Source: Kudoa neothunni
Lineage: Eukaryota; Animalia; Cnidaria
Length of the DNA stretch: 64,000 nucleotides
Reading direction: 5' to 3'
NCBI GenBank assembly: GCA_964304625.1
Contig: OZ199838.1
Span: 6,497,731-6,561,730, forward strand
This document shows, one piece after another, positions 15,355 to 28,177 of the stretch. The position numbers and the translations under genes are program-made. Every line of letters begins with the position of its first letter. Position 1 is the stretch's first letter. The notes beneath the pieces were generated by a model that saw only the letters and a list, made by a program, of their open reading frames with translations, did no database searches and was not told where the DNA came from.

Positions 15355-17438
15355 ACCCTGTTTTTGAATTTTTTTTGTTATTTGTTTTATTAATAATTTA
15401 TTCTGTTTTATTGTTATTTACACATGATATATGTATTTGTCTTAATTTTTAGTAGGGTTTATTAATTTTTATGTGTACCTGATGAAGCCTTGATCAGTAT
15501 TATTATTTTATGTTAAACGTTAGATAGTTTAATTGGCAGCATGATTGTTTAAATTTTTCTTCGCTCACTTTATTTGAGTATATGGATTTAAATTTGATAA
15601 TCCGATTTTTACATAGATTTTTCACCCTCACAAAATGGCGCTACTCTTGATCAGCAACACTTTCTTAGCTCTGACAAAAAATTGTGGTCACACATGCGTC
15701 CACTCTATTTAGTATTAACTAGCGCAAATGCCCCACTTCGCGAAGGCTTCCTTGCCCAACAAAGTAGGCTAAAATCTTGTTGATTTTTAAGTAAATCACG
15801 CTAATGCCCAGTTTTGCCTGGTACTGTGTGATGGAAAATTTTAACTTTTAGTTTTACTTCTGAATGGTGAAATTCCACGATTAAGTTAATTTAATTAGAA
15901 AGTTAAACATTGAAAATTTCATTGTTCTATTTTATTTGATGCATTTTAAAGCTTGTCATTATTTTTGCAATGTGATGATTTAGATAAACAAAATTTTGCA
16001 ATCATTTTCGATTCAAATATAAATAGAGGTATGAAGAGAATTTAATGAGTATTTTTAGGTTTATTTTACAAATTATTGGCCAAAACTATGATGAGCTTAA
16101 TTTTAAGAGAAATGGAATTAGCGATTAAAGTTCAGTTATTTATGAAACAAACTCATTAAGTAACTTAAATAGGACTTTCAGTTCTTTTCAAAATTTTGCG
16201 ATAAAAATTAATCCTTCTAGTTATAAAATTTATTATTAGTATACAAACGATAAAAAAATAAAATCAACCTAAGGTGCGTCAGAAATAAAAATATTAATTG
16301 TTACTCCTTGTTTGCAATTTTATAAAGGAAATTAATGAAGTTTTAATAATCTATGAGTGATAACTTACGTATTCACTATTTTAACATAATTTCCAAATTT
16401 TTAAATAAGCGAAACCTTTCTTTTTAACAAAAATATATGAATTAAATTATCAAAATGCGATCAGATCTAAAATGTGAAGGTGTTTTTGGTTTGAAAAACT
16501 ATAGTAATGCTTAAATGTCAACTGGTTTTCTCGAAGGAGTGCACCCTTTTAAAAATAAACGTATTGTTTAATTGACCTAAAAAAATTCCTTCGCATTGAT
16601 CTATTCTTAGTTTAACGAAAACTTTTTGAAAATATCAGTTAGATCGAACGGACCAATAATTTCTTATTAACTTGCATGACACGTATTGAGAGCGGACTGT
16701 ATTTTTTGCAAAAGTAATCGTGAATATAAATTCTTAAACTACATATAGAATGAGGTGTCGCATACTTTCATGCAATTTTTATATCATAATGAATTATTTT
16801 TAACGAATAGAAAATTATATATTGGTATGAATATTAACCTTAAGGTTTGGGGGTAAGGAATAATTAGGTTACTAAGAATTTAAACATTATTTAAAAAATT
16901 ATCACCTCAAATATAAACTCATCGAATTAATTATGCCAGCTGTTTTGCTAGAAAGTTTAGGAAAATCAAAAAATGAGTAAAAACTTATAAAAAAGACGAA
17001 TATAGTTTCAATATCAATCGATCTATTTGATAAAAATAAATTTTCATTTAAGAATTTATCACAAGAATTTAATTATTTTGAAACTGTACTCACTTCTTAC
17101 ATCGTTTTTAGAACGCGTATAAGGACCCAAATTATTCCGACATGGCAACAACTTTAATCTCGAATTATGTTTTATTTAAAATGAGCATAATCTTTTTCGC
17201 TTAACTATATCCATAACACTTGAAAAATGCAAATATATCCTAAATAATTTTGTTATTCTTCAAATTTTAAAGAAAACGCCACAACTATTGTAAATGTGGT
17301 GTTAATGGTTTTATCTGCCTTAAAATTACTCCAAACAGGCATATGTAACATTTTTGAAACATTATGCATCATAATTAGTAGATTTTCTTTGTATGCAGTA
17401 AGTATAATTTTATTCTAATTGAGCATCACTATCTTACT

Positions 17439-18919
17439 GATAGTGTCTATTTGCACTCTCTCGGCGCACGCGCGGAGGATTATAGCATTATCTCCATATG
17501 CGCGTTTTCTCTTATATTAGTCATTTCAAATAAATAATATTTTTTAATTGACTTTTAAAGGCGTACGTCTATTATTATTTATCGTAAAAATTACAATCAT
17601 ATTTACTCCATGAAACAATTTTATGTCAACTTCCATGTATTATAAATTAAAAAATAGTTAGATAATAATTACAAGAAAAACTCATGTGACTATGTCTTTA
17701 TGCGGTTTATTAGTTTTGAGCGTAATGAGTTCAGAAAGTTGCGATTTATTCAACAAACGATTCTGTTCACTTGATAATTTAAAAAATCTTACAAAAAATT
17801 AATATATTCTGAAAGTGCCGATTCTTTTAACTTCATTTGAATCAAATTATATTCGACAAATCCAATGTATTTTCAATATTTGGAAAAAACTGGATTAATA
17901 TTCAAAATATTTGGGCTCATGTTCATCGTCTCGATGCTCTGACATTTGGTTCAAATACAAATAACAGGATTGAACAAGGGCATCACAAGATAAAAGATAT
18001 ATGTCAAAGTCATCGTTAATTCACTACGTCAATTCGATACTCAATTACTGTAAGACCATCCATGGCGATAATTTATAAAAAATGGTCTGATTCTTATGAA
18101 TAACAACAACATTGATGATAATGATGATATTTTGGCAATAATAAATCGTTTGTTCAGTTTTTCTGCTGATAAACTCAAATTAGAGACTCAAAATCTGAAA
18201 TTATTATCAATTAGGAATTTAAAAAAACCTGTTCTTTGTTTACATTGTATCTTGTTCAGCAATTATCACGTTTCAAGATAATATATACAAGTTTGATTGT
18301 ACATTTTTTCAACAATATTCTCTCTCATGAAAACATTTAATTGCAAAGGTAAAGTCTTTAATTTTGACTTCTGATTCTATGTGCATTGGAAGATGGTTTA
18401 TACAAACAATGGTATATTCCTCGATAATAATCATGTGTGCAATATAACAGACGACGATATTTCAACAATTATAAACTTCCCCGATATTGATTCACAAAAT
18501 ATCGGTTTGAATGTTTTACCAACCAATATACATTTAAAATCAAAGTTTAAAACCAACAAAAAATTATGTTTTGAAATATTGGATCAATAAAATACACTTG
18601 GTGGTAGTCAATACAACGAATTTTACAAGACCCTAAAAAACTTAAAAGATCAACACGAGAATAATATCACATTTTCCATAAATCAACCAAATGAAAAAAA
18701 TTCCAACTCGTATGATTTCAATTTTCGTTCCATTAAAATAAAAGGAAAACTAAAACAATTAAAAACTTGTGTTGATAACAAAAAGATAGAAAAAATATTA
18801 TTTATCGTTTTTGGTTATTAGTGTTTTTCTGCAACAACTAATCTAAGAGAACAAGCACATATAGAGATAATGCTTTAATCCTCCGCGCATGCACCGATTG
18901 AGTGCAAATAGACGCCGTC
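17439..18919 (+). mobile_element. Degenerate, internally deleted Mutator/MULE element
   Basis: About 95-bp imperfect TIRs (17441 tagtgtctatttgcactctctcggcgcacgcgcggaggattatagc versus the reverse complement ending at 18917). Internal fragments KNWINIQNIW...TFGSNTNNRIEQGHHKIKD (MULE catalytic E motif) and a decayed SWIM finger (DCTFFQQYSLS*KHLI). No TSD visible. Confidence 0.75.
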
Positions 18920-19384
18920 GCACATTAAATTTAGGCTCTAAAATTAAATATTTAACTTTGAAACCATGAATACATACATTTTAGGAAAATATGGAGGAAA
19001 TTATCGAATTAGTTTATCTATGCGTTTTTCTATAACTAATTAACCGATTATTTTTATTAATAGTATTTAAATGTGGGGGAAATAATAAAAATGAAAATTT
19101 CAACCACAAAATTTAATCTTTTAAAATTGAAAGAATTACTTTCTAGTGTATTTTCCTTAATTTAATTATTTTAACGACATATATGGGGTCTTCTTCGTAG
19201 TAAAACTAAAGACCGTTTAGTATTACAAGCGAATTCTTTCAATACCCATATATTTCCATTAAAAAATGATTTATGCCTGATGAAAATTCAAAATTTGAAC
19301 GTAATAATGAGTTCAGCAATTAATAATTATATAATTTCTCCTCATTCTAACCTTAACTATTGTAGTTTACATTATGCACATAAG

Positions 19385-19412
19385 GTGGGGAGTCGCAGGT
19401 TGCCGACCCCTG
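19385..19412. mobile_element. Orphan hAT-type terminal inverted repeat
   Basis: gcaggttgccgacccctg is the reverse complement of CAGGGGTCGGCAACCTGC, a typical hAT terminus. No partner end found. Confidence 0.5.
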
Positions 19413-20225
19413 GTCCAGGGTATGGTTGGGGTGGTGGTTGCTCCGAAGCGAGGATGTTTAGTGGGTTACAATCCCACACTACCGAATAAACGTAAGTCGC
19501 CTTAATATGACGCTGAGGTGCCTAAAGCGTAAACGGAGAAGGCCTAACCAGCCCCATCTCCACAACCTAACAAGTTGGGCCAGGGACTTGACCTTGTAAA
19601 ACAGAAACAAGGTTACCTACAATGCTAATGTAGGCTATCTGATCAACCTAATACAATAGTTTAATTAACTTCATTAGGGATTATACTTGTAAACGAAAAG
19701 GTTAAAGTTATATTTGAAGCCTATTTTCTGAGATATGCAAATTTTTGAACGAATTATTCTTTGATTTATAAATAACAACAAGCAGACTCCTAAGCAGTTA
19801 AAACAATGATGAATATTGTGAATTATTTTTTGATTTAAGAGTTTCAGAAGCATGCGTAATACAAGAAATACGATGCTAACCGAAGTTAGAAACTTCTATG
19901 TGTTGCGTGCGCATCGAAATATAACAAATTTAACATTTTCGTATCGAATATTCATTTAATGTTTGAATAAGTAAGAGGAAATATTTATTTTCGTGGGCTC
20001 TATTTTTAATATTTTCACCAAAATGATATAACAGTGTTAAAGTGATTTATCATATCAGAAATTTGAATTTACAACCACTGCAACAATGTAATTTATTTTG
20101 TGTGTAATAAAAGTACTTATCTATACAAAATTTGTCGTGAGAATATAATTTTTCAAAAGTTTTAAATAATATATATATTTAAGTTTAGAGATTAATTTTA
20201 AAAAGTTATACGAGGATTATTATTA

Positions 20226-21385
20226 TCCTTTATAATATATAAAAGAGGACTGTCGGTATGTTTGTGTGTATGTCCCTAAGTACGCATGTGCGGATAATTT
20301 TTTCCTTATAGAGAGCCATATATAAAATTTTTATAAATTTGTGATATTTAAAAAAATTGTTTAATCGTTTTCGGACTACGAAAGTTTCTAAAAAGTATTT
20401 ATGAAATAGTGATTTTGTCGATTTAAAGTTTGTTTTTTCGGATTAAATGAGTTCAGCTATAGGATTAGCACTTGCTTATTTCATGGTTATGGTCGTTGAA
20501 GTTAACTATCTCCTTTATATGCTCCATCATATGTTCATTAACCGCTTCTATCTATCTTTATATATATAAGGTTGGCGTTTCTATTTGGGTGTCTGTTTAA
20601 ACACACTCCTTATTTTGCGGAGTTTTAACGTATATGACTTGATAAGTATATTTTATAAGTTCTATTAATGGTTTTCAATGTGGTAAAAAATCTATCTATG
20701 TTTCGTAAATAACGAATTCGTGGAGAACGTTAAAGTTACGTTGATTGAAGCGTTATAATGGAAATACTGCGTTTCATAGGTTTCATTAAATTGTCCGCTA
20801 AGTTTTACTTTACGTGATTAAGTTCAATACGGATGGTTGTACTTTTATTTCACCAAATTATTTAAATTGTTTATGTTGAAATCGACGCAATTTTGTGGCT
20901 GTTTATGATAAAAGCGCATGTATGTTTATGCCGAGCTAAACGATGCTAATTTTAGCAATATCGATTAATTTTCATAAGTTGTCTTCTATCTCTTAAAAAG
21001 TTAGTGGTGCCACACAGTTACCGAACCAGGCCAGAATTCGACATTTAAAAAATTCTCCGGACCAAAAAATAACGTTTTAGATAACACTTTAACGGGATTT
21101 AAATAATTCGGAATGAAAAAAATACAACGTTGACCTTAACTTGTTTAGGCGTTGATGCCCGAGCCACGAAATTTTTAAATGGGACGCAGGGATTAATACT
21201 TATCCTTCACAGAAATTATCATAATTTTAACTGCATAATCCAAATCGTTATAGTAAGTTGCTTAAAAATTTTTAGTTATTTGCTTCTATGGGTTAATTCG
21301 AGATTTCAATATATTTTTTGAATGCTATTAAAAAAATGCCTCTAGGCGAAATCTTCCCCAAGCAACGCTGGGCAGTTCGAGCTAG
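20226..21385 (+). mobile_element. Non-autonomous Helitron with two candidate 5' ends (20226, 20551)
   Basis: 5' A|TC..tataatatataaaag and A|TCtatctttatatatataag starts. 3' GC-rich hairpin cccaagcaacgctggg followed by CTAG|T at 21382-21385. Confidence 0.6.
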
Positions 21386-22589
21386 TATTAATATATAAAA
21401 AATCGGTATTGGCATTATTTATCATTTTGTAATGTATCTACATCATAGAAAATAATATATATACTAAAACTCAATCTTTTTATCTTTTTCGTAAGCATTC
21501 AATACTTTTAAATGTGGGCGTATTGATTATTTTGAGCTATCGTTTACAAATTAGATTGAAAATAAATTTTTGATACGCTTCAATGACTAGTTAAAATTTT
21601 TGCGTGTTTATGATCTATAAGAATAGGATTTTTAATTAATTTTGGTGTAATTTTATGATAATGACTGGCAATCAATTTTTTGACCATTCAACTGTTCAAA
21701 TCGTTACACATAATTATTTTTAGGAGGAAAACAAAAAATTTGAGCATGGAAGAGATAAAAGCAGGGGGTTCCCGCATCCCTAAGGATGTGAACTACGGAC
21801 TTGGGGGTGCGAGACTCGATCACAATAGAAAATAGTTTTGAGAAATTTCGAGTCAGTTACACCATATCGTATGAAAGCGGGTGCGAGCCCAATTTTAGTT
21901 GGGAAATGCTGTCCTAAACTGCCCGCACGCCTGCGCAATTGGATTTTTAATTCAGCAACTTTTTACTCACTAGTTGTATACAAATTTAATTTTTATAGAA
22001 TCGGCCGCACTTTTTTTTAATTAAAGATAGTAAAAACTAGTGACACTTGAATGTTGATTATCATGTCAATGGCCATTTCCTAATTAGAATTGAATTACCT
22101 GGTACCAAACTACCAAAGTTAATATTCGGGGGTATTCAGTGTTATTTAAATTAAATTGAAATCATGACATCATTCACGAAGTCAATTGATAACCAGATTC
22201 AGATTAATTTACGGCTGCAGTCGCGAATGTGACACGCGGGTAGGGCAGTTTTTGCGATGAACTTAGGAAACTTTCTTTGTCTTGCCATTTTACCACATAT
22301 TTCACTCACGTTGTTTAATAGACTTATTAAGGGCCGCTAATTCAGTATTCATTTATTCAAAGTTTAATTTTCTCTACATTTCATTATTTAAAACCATTAT
22401 TGTCAAGCTGATCAATCATAAAATATAGCATATTACAAATCAATAAATGAAGATATACAATTCCGATTATTAGGTTAGATAACAATTAATCGACAATTAA
22501 TTAATTACAGGTTATTAAAATTAAATATAATTATAATCTTAAAGTAATCATATTAAATATAATATTTATGATTTAGCTTTCCTGTTTTT

Positions 22590-24768
22590 ATGATGAATAT
22601 ATTGATCATGAATATTTAAAAAATGAAGATTGAGATTTTTCAGATGAATTTGACGCGGATTTCAATTGTGAAATAAATAACTAGATTATTGTCAGATATT
22701 TTATTATTATTATCAGCAATTTTGTATTAGTTATCAATATGTGATAAACGAGTTGTGATTTAAAAAAAACTACAAATACAGTTTTGAACTCATGATTTGT
22801 TACTATTAACTAACACTAATAGCTTTCTAAACTAATCTTAAATATGATCGATTAATGATTATACAAACCAGCTGTTCATTTTATCGGGGTTATTTATTTT
22901 ATTGAGGCTTATCGTAAATCATAGGATCTGACATCAATGTACATACGTCCGTTTTATTCTATTATTATAGTTTAGTTGATTATAATATTTTGATTTGTAG
23001 GCCGAAAAAGAATCGTAAATAACGTTTCCTACATATGGATAATTGTATTTTAATTTTTTATGGTACTTTTATTTGATATACAATAGATATTTCATTCTTT
23101 GGAAATAGATAGAAATCGCGCCACTAAACACAACACAGGGGTAACCAAAAGAAAACGTTTATCACCTGGTTCTAATCAACAAAAAATATTCGTTGAAAAA
23201 AGTTCCAATTGTATTATTGATTTAATATATTAAAAATATGAGATTATTTTCCTATAGGTACCAAAGATAATGATAGTATGTTTGGATGATACATATAGAT
23301 ACTTATATTTTGGGGATTTATTAAGATGAGAATAAGAATGCCGTTGGAATCTCGGAACCTATTAATAAAGTTGAAAATGAAAATTCACATTTATTAACTC
23401 CTCATTGTCTCCAATCCGCGGATCAATCATATCTAAACTTTTATCAGGAGTACTTATGATGTTATCCATGCCTGATTAGTTTAAATTGATTTTGTTCCCA
23501 GTAACATGCTCCCACATAACTTTTTCGGTGCCACAACAAATAACATATTCAATTACTTGTCTAATAACGCTTCAATCAATATTAGTAATTTTAGAAAAAT
23601 TTCTTAAATTTATTTCGTGACTTACAGATAATTGTGAAGCCCCCCAGATAAAACAGCAACAACAATTGACATTAGATACATCCACAAATGCTTTGCTCGA
23701 CTGTACTACCCTGAATTCTTTAGTTGGATTACAAAGTACCAACGCCAACCAAAATCAAGAATATTTAAAATTACAAGAGAGTAATGACATTGTATCGATG
23801 GATTCAGCTAGTGAATATCTAAATGAGATATTCAAAAGGTAAGTATAGGTTTTAGTGGTCATTCATGGCTGCCGTTTTTGATTAAAATTTTTGTTGATCT
23901 AAATCGCTTATTCTGAGATTTCTATTAGGTTTTTTGCGGGAAGGAAAGATGTTTATTTATTCTATCCTAAGTAATTATTTTGTAGCATAAGGGTAAGAAA
24001 AATATGCTAAACAAATTGAATTGGATTGAGACATAGTAGTTACATTGTCTCAAAAATATTTTATTCATAAATTTTATTTTTGAAATTTAGTTCTAACGTT
24101 TTTCTTCCACAGTTAGTTTTAATTTTTTTTAATTAAACTGTTCTCATATATTTTTTATGAAGCGTGGACTAGGAAACTAAATTTTTTAGTGGATTAAAAC
24201 TAATTCACTGCTCATTTATATCTAAATAATTTTATCTCTAGAACCTAAATGGGGTTTTGAGTGGAAAAGGTAATTCGGTAAATCATTATTAGAGAATTTT
24301 TAATTCCTGTATGCAAAATCCTTGAAAATATCGCCATTGATTTTTGTTGTAAAATTTGTAAGAAAAATTCATTAACGGCTGCACGTCATTGGTTTTCACA
24401 CATAACCATGAATTAGTATACTCGAATATGGCCTAGAATATGATGGTGAGAAGATTTCTGGGTTTATAATAACGTTTCTGTTTTATATGATTGAAAATTG
24501 ATTTAGTCCGACTTGTAATCATCAAGTAGATGTTGTTAAATGGAAATGGACTGCAGCGTTTATTTTGGCTTTTCGCTTCCCATCTGGCGGCTCTGTCTAC
24601 GATATTTATAATACCTTAAAAGCTGTTATGGGTGAAAAGATCGATTACACTACTTTCGGATATAGAAGTATAGAGGAGATGCTTGTGGACTTTTTCAAAC
24701 AAACTAGAGTTTCCTTATGGGTGGATGATCAAGGCGTTACGCACTTGAAGATGAATCTGTCAGACTAA
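22590..24768 (+). CDS. LOTUS/OST-HTH protein 1: low-complexity N/Q-rich region plus one C-terminal LOTUS domain (5' end uncertain)
   Basis: Series of GT-AG exons from about 22925 to 23838. The final exon 24507-24768 encodes WKWTAAFILAFRFPSGGSVYDIYNTLKAVMGEKIDYTTFGYRSIEEMLVDFF, fitting the LOTUS pattern (Y...GE.I.Y..FGY.S.EE.L). Confidence 0.65.
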
Positions 24769-25699
24769 CATTTGATGACATCTAATTTCTTATTTTATTA
24801 TTTTTGTTTGTTAACCCCCAAGAAATTATTTTTTAGCTTTGCTTATTTTGACCGGTTTTCATAATTTTTTTCTGAAAGATTGTCTAGTTCTAGTTCAGTA
24901 TTTTCTAAAATTATAAGTAGAAAATTTTTAGCTTTAACAGATAATATTTGTGGAAGTTAGAACGGTCAGTCGAAATAAATCATCACGTTCTACATCAATG
25001 CATCCCTATTTGTTTTAGTTGTATCCCACGTTTTTCGGAAAGATATTTGATGACCCACCTAAATATTGTAAATATTTAATCGAATTAGACATTCAATAGA
25101 TATAATTTTTATTTCAAAAGAATATTTATATTCACTCTAACAAAAATCTTATAATTAGGGTCGAAATTTTCGATTAATATCGATTTTAGCCATCGAATTT
25201 TTAAACCCTTTAACGAAAATAAAAACCACGTATCTCCAACGATCATTTGGGTTCGAATCGACCCCACATTTTTATTTTATTTTTCTTTGTTAAAAAATAT
25301 TTTGTTTCAATTCATAAAATATGTAAGAAATATATCGACAAAATTTTGAGTAAATTAAAGTTTACTAACCCATTAATCTTCGGTAATCCGTTAATGTATG
25401 GATTCCGACAACTTCGCTAAATATCGTTAATATTACATCGTGAGGAAACGGCGGCTACATTGTGAAATGAGATTCATCTATACCAACTAATTTAATGATT
25501 CTAATTATTATAATTTAATAAAATTTTATTTAAATTAAAACAAATATAAATAATAATTTTATGATTTTGTGCGCTTAAAAAAATAATGCAGTTGAACGTT
25601 TAACCACAACAAGACGACCTAAGTAATATATTATTTCTTTTGGTTTTATTTTTTTCAATTTTAAAATTCTTAATATAGTTTTACATTATATTCTATCGA

Positions 25700-27460
25700 A
25701 AAATATTTCACAATAAGTCATTGTTAACGGTTATTGTCCAGACATGTAGAATATTGAAACTTTCTCCTTACTCATAGCATTTTTTCATTTATACTTTACT
25801 TTAATTAAAGAAATATAATTATTTTTAGTATTATGAATTTTTTCAGACAAAACGCTACATTCTTAGAGGCAATTATTGAGCGTTATTTAATAATTTGTCT
25901 CCTAAACTGGACTTAAGTGTGATTATTGATTGGAAACTTAGTAAATAACCAAGATAATATACATCAAAAAGTTTATAATTTAGAATAAACTCTGGAAAAA
26001 AATTTATTTGGGTGTACCATTATTAATATAATATATTATGTTTTTGTATTATTAAATTTCTTGTTTCTTCATTTTATCGATTGTTAATTGATCAAAGAAA
26101 GACAAATATTGATTTGAGGGTTTAATTAAGTTAATTTAAACCTATAATAGTATTTTAATGTTTCTTTGATTCAAATTTAAGTTCACCTTCGAAATTAAAT
26201 ACATATTTTATTTTTCAAAGTTTTGAAACAAATACTTTGGTGAATATTAATACTTTTTCGTAACAAACAAAATTCAAACTGAATGCTCTTAATTTGTTGT
26301 TATTTTAAAATTCATTTTTAAAACTGAAGTCAATATATATTTTCTATATCAATACAAAATATGATTAATTTTTCCCTTAGGTATGTTGGTGGTTTCTCTC
26401 CTCTTGATTTGCGGTTATGAAATGGCAGTAAATAGTTTTTTTGAAAAATTTATGTTGAGTAATACTACAAATACTTATTTTACCTTTTAATGTTTAATAT
26501 TTGTTATGTATTTTCACTGAACTAGATTCAAGTAGATATCGATTAAACAATAATACTTTAAATGATCAATGATATAAAGAGTTAGATTTTTATTAAGCCA
26601 GGGATAATTGTGAAATTATTCGTAACCATTCTTGAGTGTAGAAATCAGTCAGTGTTTTGAGGTTTGTCAGCCATTGAGACAATGAAAACATTTCCTACAG
26701 AAAAAACCGACTCTTTGATTTATAGTTGCCACAAAAACTATCATCTGATACGTATATCGTGTATATTCGAGCTCGGAATAATGAAATTGACAATCTGAGG
26801 AGATGATTATTTTTTCTCTTGATCAGTCACAGAAAATTTTTTGGAAGTAATCAAAATTATTTTTCAGCTTTAATGATTGAAAAGTTTTGATTCGAATAAT
26901 AAATGTCAAGAAAGAGAGCTTACCTTGAATTATTATAATTTAATAGTCAAAATATGAGATTTAATTAACAAAATATTAAATATATGACGATTTGTAAATA
27001 ACATCTCAATCTTAATCTAAATAGAAATATACTATATTTAGATAAGGAAAAAATAATTCGATGTTAACAATTGATCAAACAATAAAAAATTATACAAACA
27101 TGTAATTATGTTTATTTTTCATGAATTATTATCCATAAAAGAAAATTCATTTCTAAAGATTGTTTTCATCTTTAAGCATATGTAAAAACTATTAAATTAG
27201 TTGTTTATACATCTTCCAGTTAGTAATCACATTATAGAATCCAGGTTAGGATACTATCTATCAAATCACACAAAATAAATGCCTTTAATATTATAGCGTT
27301 TCGATTTGGAAGAATTATAATACTAATAATAGTTATATTGTGTAAACTAAGCAAAAATTTACTTGAGAAAATGTTATGAGTATGGAGAAATTTTTATATT
27401 CTAAATTTCTGAACTATATCCATTAATAATATTTTATTATTAATTTTGTTCATTATAATT
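25700..27460. repeat. Old long inverted repeat (foldback element), arms about 25700-26090 and 27060-27460
   Basis: The reverse complement of 27200-27440 aligns co-linearly with 25720-25950 (agaatat..aatttctcc.tactcata.cattt; tagtattat; aaacgcta; cctaa.ctgga; tgtgatta), roughly 70% identity by eye. Confidence 0.6.
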
Positions 27461-28177
27461 AATAGTGTAAAAATAAAATAAATATATTGATGTATGATTC
27501 GCAGTCACATTCATATTCCTTCATAGTGAAATATAGAAACCAATGTTTAATATAAGGATTATGTTGTTGATTTTACCATCATGTAGGCGATTAGAATAAA
27601 AATTTTGATACGCTCCAGAAGAGAAGCGCATAAAGATTTTTTAGAACCGGTTCCGACGAAAAAAGTCGTAAGGAACGCCAAAAATGGTGGAGCCACACGC
27701 TTCACAATCACCTCATTTTGACCCTAGAAACTCTCGGAAGATTAAATTGAATGAGTTATACTATTTTAATAATACAATTTAAGCAAAATATAGACAGATA
27801 AAAAGTTGGTTTTTAAATTTTTACAACCAATTTATCTTCCCCTTCGCACATATATTACTCGCACACGCATGCATAAAATCAATTACTTACCGTATTCTTT
27901 ATTTTTTGTAAAAATAAAAATTCCTCCCAATAACTTTCACATTAACCCCAATAAATATATTATTCTAATCGTACCAACAATTTATTTAATGTAACAACTA
28001 TTTTTAAGCGGTAACAATAAACCAGACCAATTAATATTACTTTTAACTTATCTTTTAGACAACGTTTCTTTAACTATTGTTTATTTATTTGAATCATAAA
28101 GTATCGATAAAGGGATTAAAAAATGGACACGCAAGGATTAAATTAATCTATTATAAGTCGTTAGTGTTCGGGGAAAT

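Noticed and set aside
15479-15530. CTGATGA hammerhead-like core
   Set aside because: No stem II followed by GAAA, and no closing stems.
15680-15829. Transib-like end (CACAGT on the minus strand) with weak similarity to 1780-1845
   Set aside because: No partner TIR, TSD or transposase; similarity too weak to support a call.
19277-19305. CTGATGA-stem-GAAC hammerhead-like motif
   Set aside because: The stem is all A-U, GAAA is absent, and no stems I/III were found.
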